From: Parasitella parasitica NRRL 2501
Lineage: Eukaryota > Fungi > Mucoromycota
Reading direction: 5' to 3'
Assembly: GCA_025201805.1 (NCBI GenBank)
Contig: MU619250.1
Span: forward strand, 210,425 to 274,424
DNA: 64,000 nucleotides
Every line of letters begins with the position of its first letter. Within the stretch, counting starts at the first letter, position 1. The notes under the pieces are model-generated. The model ran no database searches. It had not been told where the DNA came from and was given only the letters and a program-made list of their open reading frames with translations. A program made the position numbers and the translations under genes. Shown here piece after piece: positions 26,704 through 38,169 of this stretch.

Positions 26704-27805
26704 TTAGATGACTGTCTGAAGAGCTGTCAAAATAGTATCTCTCTCCTTTCTATTATCGGCAAAAAGCTGATATGCTCCGTTTTGTTGAGTTTCCAAGACA
26801 AATGCATTTGGTACAAAAGTCTCGGCATCGATATTGACATTGCTTAATCTCTTGACATTGTTCAAATCGAGCACTGCAGCAGGTTTCGGGTCCATCTCGT
26901 CACTATAAAGTGCTAAGCTCTTTCCCTTGATGGTGAAATATCTACGTCTCCAAAACTGCAATATGTTAGCCACCATCCGCCCCAAATTTGTATCCAATTT
27001 CATAAACTATGAGACTTACTGGACTTGTGCAAGGCTGTACTGATACATAACCAGAAAGAACAATATCCTTGTTCTTCTCTGCCTCTAATAGCCTCAGTTG
27101 CAATATTTTCTTTTCTTCAATCGATCGCTCTTCTTCCATCTTCTCCTTCAAAAGTCTTTCTTCTTCAAGTCTTTTAGCGGTTGCTTCCTCTTTGGCAATT
27201 CTCTCGGCCTCTTTTTCTGCAGCTTGGGCAGCCATGGCAGCAGCCTGTCTTTCTTGTTCGTCGATTCTCTTTCTTTCCGCTTCGTCTTTTTTCTGTTGCT
27301 GTTGCTGGACTAATAGCTGCTTTTGTTTTTCCTCTTCTTCCAACGGCGTTTGTTTCTGTTCAGTGGCAGTGCTATCCAGTTGTTGCCCCTTCTCTGTGAA
27401 TCTGTTGCTTGAACTAGAGACTGGAGGAGTGACAAATGTTTCATTGGCTTCTACGAACTCATCATCCTGAGCTAATAGTGTAGTATCAGTCGCTACGGTT
27501 GGACTGGTAGGCGATACAGGTGATTGCGTCGATTGTCTACGAGACAATCTTTTTTGTGAAAGAGATGCTGATGATCTGCGAGATGAAAGCTGGTTGCCAT
27601 CGCCCAACTTGAGTCTAGAGCGGATGTTGCTATCGCTCAAATCACTCAAAGTAGATGCAGTAATTTGGGCATTATGTAACTTTAAAGAAGATGCGACAGA
27701 TCTGCTGTGGACAAGCGCTCTAGCTTTTTATAAAATCCATGTCAATATATATAAGATGTTCTCGAATCTTTCTCCTTCTTGAACATTTACCTCTGCGAAC
27801 ACCAC

Positions 27806-27836
<31 letters not shown>

Positions 27837-28254
27837 TGTTGGTGTTTAATAAAAGTGAATAGACATGTATAAAGCACGAATATTTACCTCACTTTGTCTG
27901 ATACCCAAGTAATCAAAATATAACGATCTTCCACTCTTACAAAGCCATACAAAACTTCATCGCTTAGATGATTGCGAAATTCGCTAAAAATAACCATGGT
28001 GCAGATTAGTTTCCAATCCCTGGACTGAATTCGTATTGCTACCAATCTTACTCTAAACCTTCTGTGCCTTTGGAGTATAAAGATATAACATCTCTAGTAT
28101 CATTGTAACCGAGAATGAGCCTATGTTTGTGTGTGTGTGTGTTATGTTAATCTTCGCTGTTAAATACGGGTAAAATAATTTACCAATTGGTTGGCTGGTC
28201 CTCCACGATAGCGGTATAAGTTTCGAGGATACGAGGGTCGGTTAAATCACACAT
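26704..28254 (-). CDS. ADF-H (drebrin/coactosin-type) domain + coiled coil + C-terminal PH domain protein. Exons 28254-28184, 28120-28052, 27983-27888, 27804-27791, 27723-27020, 26955-26704
   Basis: The spliced N-terminus reads PTNWLILGY...VLYGFVRV...YILITWVSDKVSGVRRARALVHSRSVA. The PH domain reads LSGYVSVQ...FWRRRYFTIKGKSLALY...FADNRKERDTILTAL. Confidence 0.85.
27806..27827. repeat. (TA)n microsatellite forming the 3' end of an intron of the ADF-H/PH gene
   Basis: Seen directly. It abuts the acceptor of the 14-nt exon. Confidence 0.9.
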
Positions 28255-29140
28255 AATAGTGGTATCAAAATAGTTTATATTAAAAAAGGAAGCAGGAAAA
28301 TTGAGAATGAGAGAGAGAGAGAAGAGAGAATAACAGTTGGGGTTGAATTAAAACTGCTTACTTCTATACATACTTTATTCAAGGCACCCGTTCCTCCTGT
28401 TTAGCAACTAATTTTAGAATCAGGTCTGAAGTTGAAATCATGAGAAGTTGCAAGCGATGCCAAATACGAACTAGCTGGTCCTACAGTATACGTAGATTGC
28501 ATGTGTGTGTGTTGGTACAATAGTACATCCATCTTGACAACAAACATGAAAACGACTTTGTTACAGAAATGATCTGCAATGACAGCAATTATTATGCTGG
28601 AAATATGCAATGCAATCTAGGAGCATATACTCCGAATCCGTCATAAATCGCATCTGCATACAATAACATGGTCAAATAATGCTGCTAAATTACACACGAA
28701 CACAAACGCTTTTTCCACCAAGCCTGAAAAAAGTACAAGAATATAGCGTGTGATTCCCTGTACTCCCCCAAAGAGCACAATACTTACAGCCTTATAATGA
28801 AAGACTTTATGAAAGAGATTCGCGATTAACTGATATTTTATTTCGTTCGTTTTTGATTTACAGACTTTTCTCTTCTAAATATTTGATTAGTTGATTACTT
28901 TACTTGAACGCTATTCTTGAAATTTGAAAAATAAAGTATATACAAATGAGAAAAATAAGTGTAATATGTATAAGAAGGATGTATGAGTAGGAAAATAATA
29001 TTAAAGAAGGAAGAACGGAGAGAGAGAGAGCGAGAGAGAGCGAGAGAGAGCGAGAGAGGGATATACAAGGTGAGTGGTGTGGGTGGTATCAAATATAAAC
29101 AGTTGACATTAGCTCGGCTGCTATACATGTATATATAAAA

Positions 29141-32100
29141 CTAGAATGTTTCGTTTTGATTTGGACATTTGTTGGTTAGATGGAATCCATATTCTTCGCA
29201 ATTTTCGCAATACTGTAATATACAAAAGAGAGATTTTAAAATGCTGCATTTGTGCGTATCTTAATCGCCCAAACTTACAGGTCTACTAGGATCATCTTTA
29301 GTGAGTGTCACCGCCTTGCAACTGATCAAATCGTGGCCGTTAACTTCACAAAGTTCACAATAAGCGCTTGAATCGTCTCCTACTACGTTGTCCTTTTTGG
29401 TTGTTTGAGGCGTGTTTTTGAGGGATGATGTAGATGATGATGTTTCAATAAGGACCTTGTTCTCATCCTTGAGATCGTCCAGCTCCCTTTGCAGCTTTGT
29501 CACCAGCTTGCGTTCCTTTTCAAGAGCTTCTTCTAAATCGGCCTCTTTGAAGATCTTGGACTCGACGAGGCTTTCTAGTTCTGAAATGTCGCGATTTAGG
29601 TTTACAACCTGACGCTTTTGCTCCTTCTCTTGCTTTTCGACGCTCTCTTTGGCCTCTCGCAGTTCAGTAGCGTGTTGAATGGAGATTTGTTCCAGCTTCT
29701 TTTGATTTTGTTGCAAGAGTTTGGCAATCTTGTCGTCTTCAGCCAAGTCTTCCTTGAGCACGAGCTTGGTCAGTTCATCCTGGCTAGCTTGCTGGTGCAG
29801 TTTTTCGACCTCTTCCATGAGCTTCAAGCACTCCATTTCAGCTTGCTTGTGGGAATCCTCCAATTTGGAGTAATCTTTGGAGATCTTCTTGTTCTCTGAC
29901 TTGAGAGAAGAAATCAATTGCTGGTATTGGCCCAGGTCCTGGTTGCCTTGCTCTGCCTGTTCTTTTTGCTTCAACAACATAGCATTCTGGGCCTGCAACT
30001 TTTCAATTTCGCCACGGAATGTTTCGATTTGGAGCTGGTGCTGCTTTTCATCCACGCTGGCGCTGCTGTTTTGAGAGTTTTGCTCCTTCTCCTCTGCGAG
30101 CTCTCGTTCCAGTTTTTCCTTGGCTTCGGACAGCTTTCGCAGCTCGCTTTCAGTCTTCTTTTGGCTCTCGACAGCAGCACGTACTTCATCAAGGTATTTT
30201 GTACGGGAGGCCAGCTGATCGTCGAAATCAGCTTGAAGTCGGCCTAATTGCTCTTCAAGCTTGGTTTTTTCTTTGGCGAGCTTTTCAGTTTCTTTCGATT
30301 GATCCTTCCATGTCTCGGCTTCAGTTTTGAAAGCTTCGTGGTTCAGTTTTTCACGCTCGAGAGATTCGATCTGCTCCGTGAGTCTATTTCGTTCGCTCTC
30401 CCAGACATCTTGCAAGATGGCGTGCTTTTCTTCAGTCTCCACATTCTTCATAAGCTGTGCAATCTCTTGCTTCAATGTCTCGATTGTCGCTTGAAGCGCA
30501 TCGCGTTTGGCAGCATATTCTTCCATCTGCAGGGTACGCTCCTTTTTCAATTCTTGAATGGTCTCCTCGTAGACTTCAATGGCATCTAAACCAGCTTTGC
30601 GCAATTCCTCTCTTTCCACCTCCAACGAAGCGACTTTGCGACGTTCATCAGCCAAGCTGGCATTGAGGGCTTCACGATCGACACGGTTCATTTCGACAGA
30701 GCTTTCGTAAAGCTCAATGCTTTCCATACCAGCCACCTTCAAGTCGTCAACAGACTGTTGGAGGTTATGGATGCGTTCGCGATACTCTTGCACCAAATTA
30801 GCCTCTTTTGCCAGGTTTTCTTTGACAGTGGTGAGCTCCTTTTTGAGCTTGTCAAAAGCCTCCTTGGAAGCACAATCTTGATGTGCCAGCCATTTGGTCT
30901 CGACGTCCTTGAGCTCTTCAAGCAGACGATCCTTTTCACGCATATGACGCTCGGAGTCAGCCTTGACACGACGGATTTCTCTTTCTTTCTCTTCCACGGC
31001 ATTGCGGTGGGTTTCTACCTGTTCAGAAAGGGAAGCCAAGAACATGTCTTTGGCACGGGCGGCATCACGCAGAGAGCTCATCTTTTCGTGGACTTCTTCC
31101 ATCTCCATTTCCAGTTTCATCTGACGGTCCATGGCATCTGAATCCGAGCCAGGTTGAAAGTACTGATGCTGTGGCGACGAAGGAGACGAAGCCAGCTGCT
31201 GGTGCAGTGATTTGTTCTTTTCCAACAAGAGCTTCTCACCAGCTTGTGCAGCGGCAGTGGCGGCCTCGGCTTCTGCAACCTTGCTTTCGAGCTCGTGCAC
31301 ACGATGTTCGACAACAGACTTCTCCTTGCGAATTGTGCTGATCTCAAACAACGATCTATCTCGCTCTGTGATCAGGTTTTGCTGCTCTGCCTCTAATTCC
31401 TGGACTCTTGTTTCTAATCGCTGGATAATTTGCAGTGTTTCCTTTTGCTGGGCAGTCAATTTGTTGATTTCAGTTGTATGGTTTTCTTTGATCTCCTCTA
31501 CAATGGCCTTGTGGCCTTCTAATGTAAAGAGCTCTTCGTCGTTGGATGCATCGCCCTTCTTCTTAAGCACGAGCGACCGTTCTAAAATCTGCTCTGCTGT
31601 CTTGTTTTGAGTGTTCTCTAGCTTGAGGTATTTGTTCTCGGCTTCCAACACTTCTACACGCAATTGCAGTTGCTGTAAGCGCATGACAGTTTCGTCGGGG
31701 GCTTGCGAGATGGCTTCGCCCAAGATACGCTCTAATCTCTCCTGCGGTGATTCGTGCATCGAAGACGACGAGGTGGACGGAGATGACATTGCAAGGCCAT
31801 TGGCGTTGACGGAGGCAGAGACAGCGGACGTAGTGATTGATTTGGAAAATGCCAAATTGGCGGGAATAGGGGTTTCAGTCAACATATCATCTGACGAAGA
31901 GGATAATAAAGAGTCGTGATAATAGTCATCTGCATTATCTTGAATGCTATGGCCTGTTGGAGTCATTGCAGGTGATGGGATGCCACGACTGTAATGCGTG
32001 GGGGTCGGAGACTGAATAAACGGTTGTGATCTGCGAAGGCTATTGCGCCCAGACGACATGGACACAGGCGAGGTCAGCGGCGACTGCAGAGATGCTACAG

Positions 32101-32871
32101 AGGAGCGCACAGACAATGAAGGCGTGCGACTCTTTTTTTTGGGTTGTTTTTGTTGTTGCTGCTGCTGCTGTGATAACTGCTTTGCGGTTAATCCGATATA
32201 ACGGGCGGCTCTGGATCCATTTGAGGTCAAGGGAGCTGAACTAATGCGATTGTTGACGGGCGGAGACAACGATCTGACGGAATCGGAGTCCTCAGCCAAA
32301 ATAGTTACTTTGGAAGCTAAAACAAACAGACCAGTTTGAGCAGGGCATGAGAAATAGCGCACACTATACAAATACATTGAGAAATGTGTTGCGTTAGAAA
32401 CATGAAACATTTTGGCCAAAAAACAAAAAAAAAGGGGGGGGGGTAGAGCGAGTGATTTTCATGCATTTACCCTTTCACAGATCCATCATTCTTTCCAGAG
32501 CCAACAATATCCAGCTGAATACCAGCCCATACGCCTTCTTTAAATTCAGCTTCACCTAGAAATTTCAAGGTACCGACAATGCCCATTGAATCGACGGCAA
32601 TTCTGTCCCCAATATAAAACGGTTTAGGCCGATTCAAAGTAGGCTTGGGAGAGGTAATGATTCTGCTTTGCACATTTGATTGTTGGTGGTTGCTTTCTGG
32701 GGCGATGTATGAGCGGGAACGTGCTTTTGTCCCTGATCTTGATGGTTTGGGCATTGGAGGAGCATTTTCTGAGATTGTTTTTCTTCTTTTCAGCTCGGCA
32801 GCTGAAGGCTTTCTTGCCAGCCTTCTTGGGTTATTTGTTAAAGTTAAACCAGCGGTTGGTAACCTAGACAT
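29141..32871 (-). CDS. CLIP-170/Tip1/Bik1-like microtubule plus-end protein. Exons 32871-32471, 32363-29279, 29212-29141
   Basis: CAP-Gly domain (WAGIQLD...GKNDGSVKGVRYFSCP), a long coiled coil, two CCHC knuckles (YCELCEVNGHDLISC; YCENCEEYGFHLTNKC) and a terminal ETF*. Confidence 0.92.
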
Positions 32872-33596
32872 TTTGTTGTTCTTTTTTTTAAGGGGCAAAA
32901 GAAAAAAAGAAAGGAAAAGAAAGAGAGAGAAAAAGAGAAAAAAAGAGGGATTTTAGATATGGAAAAGGTCAGCTGTGAATGTAATGATAAATTAAAATTT
33001 GTTTGGATTTTTATCTGCACATTCAAATATATAATGAATTTTTTTTTGCACTGTGGGCTGCTCGTTGAACGGCACTGTGTAACTCATACGGAATGTGAGG
33101 TGCCCGATATATATAAACGGATTATATATAAAAAAGCTCCCCCCCCCCCTCCTCATTTTTATTTATTTTTATCTCTATAGCAACTAATGCTCTGTACAAC
33201 AAAATGGATTTAACTGCTTTTAATCACATTGAACATGGATGAGAGACCACAAAAATCCAAATATGGAACCTGTTTTATCCGGCTGATTCGCAATTTTCGT
33301 CTTTAAACCTCATGTTTCTAATGTAAACACCAATCAAGAGGTTGATCTAAATTTACAATACAATTTATTGTGTGAAATTTTCCACTATAAAGACAAGATT
33401 TTTTTTTTTTTTCCTTTTGCCTTCCTTCTTTTCTTTATTATATCATATAATACTTTTAAAAAAAATAAAAAAAAATCCCTCTACAACTTACTTATCGCAC
33501 TTCCCCTATCCTTTCATCACTCTTCCTTTTCTATATAAAAAAAAACCATCAAAAAAAACTATATAAAAATCAAAAAGAAAAAGCCGCAATTTGAAA

Positions 33597-34252
33597 ATGT
33601 CCACTCGTACTGTATCTGCTAAATCTTTCAACAACACCTCTAAGCAATCTCACTCTCATGCTGCAGCATTGAAGCCTATCGCTACTGTTTCCAAGGCTAA
33701 CAAGAACAGCCAAAATACCAACCAACAACCTACCAAGAAGAAGTTACAGGCAACCCACCATCAGAACAAGCAACAACGCCGTCATCAGAAAAAGGCAAAT
33801 GTAAATGTAGTTGTATCTGACGAAGACTCCTCTTCATCAGCATCATCGTCTTCTTCTGAAGACGACAAGCCTGTTAGAAGAAGCAAGCGCAGCAACTATC
33901 ATCAACAGCAATCAAGGTAATAATTAGATTTTTTTTGTTTATATTGCAATTTGTGTTGATGATCATCAAATTTAGTTATGTTGATCAAGTTTACGCCGGC
34001 CCTACATTCAACAATGCTCCTGCTCCAAGTGCACTTCCCATCCCTGCTTTTAATGCTCGTGGGTCTCCTATCAATTATCCTCAACCTCTCTATCACTCTG
34101 TAAATCCCTCTCTCCAACAACAATCCATGGACCTTATGAACTTGATTACTCCTCAAAAGGCCTTTACTGCTGCTTATGAGCTTGAGATGACCAACTTGGC
34201 TCTTTCCGAAATCCAACGAGGTCTTCGCTCCATGCTCAAAATTGAATCCTAA
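33597..34252 (+). CDS. PNRC/Edc1-like mRNA decapping coactivator. Exons 33597-33916, 33976-34252
   Basis: Basic disordered N-terminus, then YAGPTFNNAPAPSALPIPAF (YAGxxF + LPxP) and a C-terminal amphipathic helix IQRGLRSMLKI. Confidence 0.8.
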
Positions 34253-35933
34253 AATCCGAGGTCCATATCACTCAAGTAGAAAGAAAAACAACAGAAAGAA
34301 ACAATTTTTATATTTTAATTAGAAACAAACAACAACCAAATCTTATTTTCTGTTTGCTTCAGACGACACACACTTATCAACAACAACAACAACAACAACT
34401 ACCACAAAAAGAAGTTGAAAGAAACAAAGAAACAATTGATCGAATACCCTCTTCTTTTTTTTTACACCTACTCCTTCTCTCCCCCTTTTTTGCCTTTCTA
34501 ACATCCTTTTTGTACATACGTTTTTGTCTGTTTGTAATTATCTTGTTATTTCTTGCTCTCTTTTCTTTTTTTTTTCTTTTTTTACATTTGTATATTTGCT
34601 TTCTATCTCTTTTTTTTTCGCTTTAATTTTTTGCTTTTTTTTTCGTTTTCTATCCTTACACCTCCTTTATCTCGAATGCCATCACTCTAAATTATCATCC
34701 ATCCCGAATTTCTGACACTTTTTGTTTTTTTTTCTTTTGTTTTTTTTTTACATGCAACAACCCATTGAATCACCTGGTTTCTTGACCACCCACCCCCCAA
34801 CCCCATTTGAAACTATTTTTTTTTAGCCTTTTATCCTAGTTCATAATTTTTATGAATTAGCTTTATCCAGATTCAATGCATGTATTTTTTTTTTAATTTC
34901 TCCTCGATCAATTTAGATTTTTTTTAGTTTTTTCTCTCCACGCATCTCTGTCGATTATTTGTTTAGACATTTAGGCGATGAAAAAACAAAAAACAAAATT
35001 AGAAATCACAAAAAAAAATTATCAAATTCATTCTCTAAACCAATAAACATAAAAAAAAGATCTCAAATAGACCTTTTGGTCTGTTTAGTTCTTTTTTTGT
35101 CTCAAATATATCATTTTTAATTTGTGCAATCAGTTGATCGATTCATTTGCCAGCTATCCCAGCCATCAAACTCATTTATAGATATGACGAATTTGATGAA
35201 TTACTGTCACAACCATAGACATCTGATATGCCTTGTAAATGTTTTTTAGATCACTTGATGGGATTGTTTTTGCCTGTTAACAAAGGTTGAATAGTAATTT
35301 GCTCCAGACATTGATACTGATATCAATTGGAATTGTATCACTTTTTTCTTTCGAGTTAATCGTTATTTTATAAACAATGAACATTTGCTACAGTCCGGAA
35401 TATACGGTACTCAAAATTTGCGTGCCATAGCAACTAAATATTCGCACATTATGGCATCTACGTTGACTGCTGTGGTCAGGCAACGCCTACCTGAGATAGT
35501 TCTGTAACCTTGTTGCCCGATATATGTATTCTATCGAGCACAGCAAGCATAAATGAATGACTTGTCCACTAAAATCTCGTTTCGATGCTGTGATTACACT
35601 GGCTGCTGCTGCTGTGCTGGAGATGGAAACAAGCCTTGAGTAATATTTATATTTTAAGCATTATTATCAAAATATTTGGACAATGGATATCTTTTTTTTT
35701 TTTTTTTTTTTTTGCATATAACTGATGGAACAACAATGAAGGCCGTAAAATGCAGCGGAGATCAACAACCGCTTGACGCACTTGCTGCTTGCTGCCACAG
35801 GCAGATGCATGCTTGATTCGGTCCGGATCTCAAGATTTAGCAGCTAACTCTATTCCGGCACCCAGCAAAATGAAGGCAAGCTAAACATCTACAACCAATT
35901 AGTCCCATAACAAGATCCTCCTCTTTTCATATC

Positions 35934-37077
35934 ATGGCTGCCCAAATTTCCAAGAAGAGAAAAGTATGTAGACACATCAATACGAGAGAAAAAGAGAGGA
36001 TTCGAATTGGATAAAAAAGAGGATGGATGAATTGATTTCAGTTTTTGGAGATTGTCATAGGATGATGATAATGTAGAGGGAGGAAGGGGGAGAAACTGAA
36101 ATCAAGGGGCATATTATATATCGTCTTCAATGTCAAATACTAACATTTATCATCTATAGTTCGTAAGTGGTTTAGGTTCAATTACGCTTTAGCCAAAACG
36201 ACATGATATGGTTATTGATATGAGAATTTAGGTCGCTGACGGTGTTTTCTATGCTGAACTCAACGAGTTCTTCACTCGCGAACTCGCTGAGGATGGCTAC
36301 GCTGGTGTTGAGGTCCGTGTCACTCCTGCTCGTACCGAGTAAGTCTTCCTTTGTCTGTAGAAAAAAAAAGGGGATTTTGCATTTAACCCTCAATTAGAAT
36401 CATCATTCGTGCTACTCACACTCAAAATGTTCTTGGTGAGAAGGGTCGTCGTATCCGTGAGTTGACTACTCTTGTTCAAAAGCGCTTCAAATTCCCCGAG
36501 AACGCTGTCGAGCTCTATGCTGAACGTGTTCAAAACCGTGGTCTCTGCGCCATTGCCCAATGTGAGTCTGTCAAATTCAAGCTTCTTAACGGTTTGGCTG
36601 TCCGTCGGTAAGTTGTAGTGTTTATTTGAGCCGAAAGAAAGAGAGAGACTATGTATTGACCTGTGCCTGTATATATATATCTATAAATATACCTACAGTG
36701 CCTGTTATGGTGTCGTCCGTTTCGTTATGGAATCCGGTGCCAAGGGTTGTGAAGTTGTCGTCTCTGGTAAGGTTCGTGCTGCCCGTGCCAAGGCCATGAA
36801 GTTTGCTGATGGCTTCATGATCCACTCTGGCAACCCTGCTCGTGATTTCATTACCACTGCCGTTCGTCACGTTGATTTGCGTCAAGGTGTTTTGGGTATC
36901 AAGGTCAAGATTATGTTGGACAACGATCCTACTGGCCGCAACGGTCCTAAGCAATGTCTTCCTGACATTGTTACCATACTTGAGCCCAAGGACGAGTCCG
37001 CTATCCTTGAACCCACTGCCCAAGATTTCAGACCTGCCCCTGCTGTTGCTGCTGAGCCTGCTGCTGTCGAGGCATGA
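35934..37077 (+). CDS. RPS3: 40S ribosomal protein S3 (uS3). Exons 35934-35963, 36160-36162, 36232-36338, 36398-36607, 36699-37077
   Basis: [36 protein letters not shown]...[15 protein letters not shown]...[12 protein letters not shown], with strong codon bias. Confidence 0.98.
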
Positions 37078-37480
37078 ATAGATCCATAGCACAAAAAAAT
37101 CCCTCTTTTTTTATTATTATTAAAAAAAACTGTCTAAACAATCAAGTGTCGATAGTAGGGCTTTTTTTGGCGGTAAAATGTGATATACAACCATGTTTGA
37201 CATGTAATGAAATTCATAACAAAGAAACACTATTACCAAAAATAAAAATGTTGATACATGATCTTGCTAATCCAACTGTTTATAGTAAAAAAAAAAAACA
37301 CAGAAAGTGGACGAGCAGCTGACACTTTCTGCTACTGTACACATGTATCATCGGATTAATGCACGAATCATTTCATGAAATGATTTGAGGAGTCCTGTAT
37401 ATAGTTGCGCCACTAGTTATTTATTACTAGTTGGAAATAATCCTCCTTCTTTTCTTCTCTTTTCTCCATTGTATATTATC

Positions 37481-38035
37481 ATGCATACACAACAGGATAA
37501 TATAGATTCCTCTTCTTCATTGGTCATGGCCTCCTCGGTGTTATCCCCTCTCAACATGGGTGAGAACACTATGCTTAAAAGAAGAAAAATCAAGCCGCCA
37601 ACCTTGCCTGGTGCCTGGATTGAGGATACCAATGACGAGGACGACGACGAGCAAGACAAGGAAAATCTCCAGCAGCAATTTGTCAAGATTGTGTCTGTAG
37701 CCCCGCCTCACTTATCAGATCAAATCATAGCCACCGCTTCCAGTGCAAGCGATGAAGACATTGAATTCCTCAAGCAAACCATTGCCAATCTTCGAAAAGA
37801 ACAAGAAAAGCTGGAGGAAACCAACCACATTGTAAAAAAGAGCATTCAAATTGTCACTCGCAAAAGAATAAAAGCGCAAACCAACAGCCATTTAAAAAGG
37901 ACTCAAAAGCAACAATCCTTAGGAACAGGTGATGAGGAAGATGTTTACGTTATTGTGCAGAGTGATTTTATGCCAACTCAGGAAGAAATGAAGGCTGCTG
38001 GACTTGATGGTTGGGAGTGGGTGTCAGCATATTGA
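37481..38035 (+). CDS. Hypothetical ~184-aa protein with an acidic patch, a coiled coil and C-terminal aromatic motifs
   Basis: The first ATG in the 216-aa ORF is at 37481 after a pyrimidine-rich leader. Composition is coding-like. No family recognised. Confidence 0.7.
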   Translation: MHTQQDNIDSSSSLVMASSVLSPLNMGENTMLKRRKIKPPTLPGAWIEDTNDEDDDEQDKENLQQQFVKIVSVAPPHLSDQIIATASSASDEDIEFLKQTIANLRKEQEKLEETNHIVKKSIQIVTRKRIKAQTNSHLKRTQKQQSLGTGDEEDVYVIVQSDFMPTQEEMKAAGLDGWEWVSAY

Positions 38036-38138
38036 ATGAATCATGAGATAGCATATCCAAGCAATACATTATTGCACCACCCAATGTACAATCTTTTCTA
38101 TTTCCATATTATAGTTTAACTCAAATTATATCATATTG

Positions 38139-38141
<3 letters not shown>

Positions 38142-38168
<27 letters not shown>
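38142..38168. repeat. (TA)n microsatellite
   Basis: Seen directly. Confidence 0.9.

Positions 38169-38169
<1 letters not shown>

Noticed and set aside
36062-36099. C-box ATGATGA and D-box CTGA in RPS3 intron 1 as a possible snoRNA
   Set aside because: The span is only about 38 nt, both boxes are buried in stems and no guide is evident. Reported as a hairpin instead.
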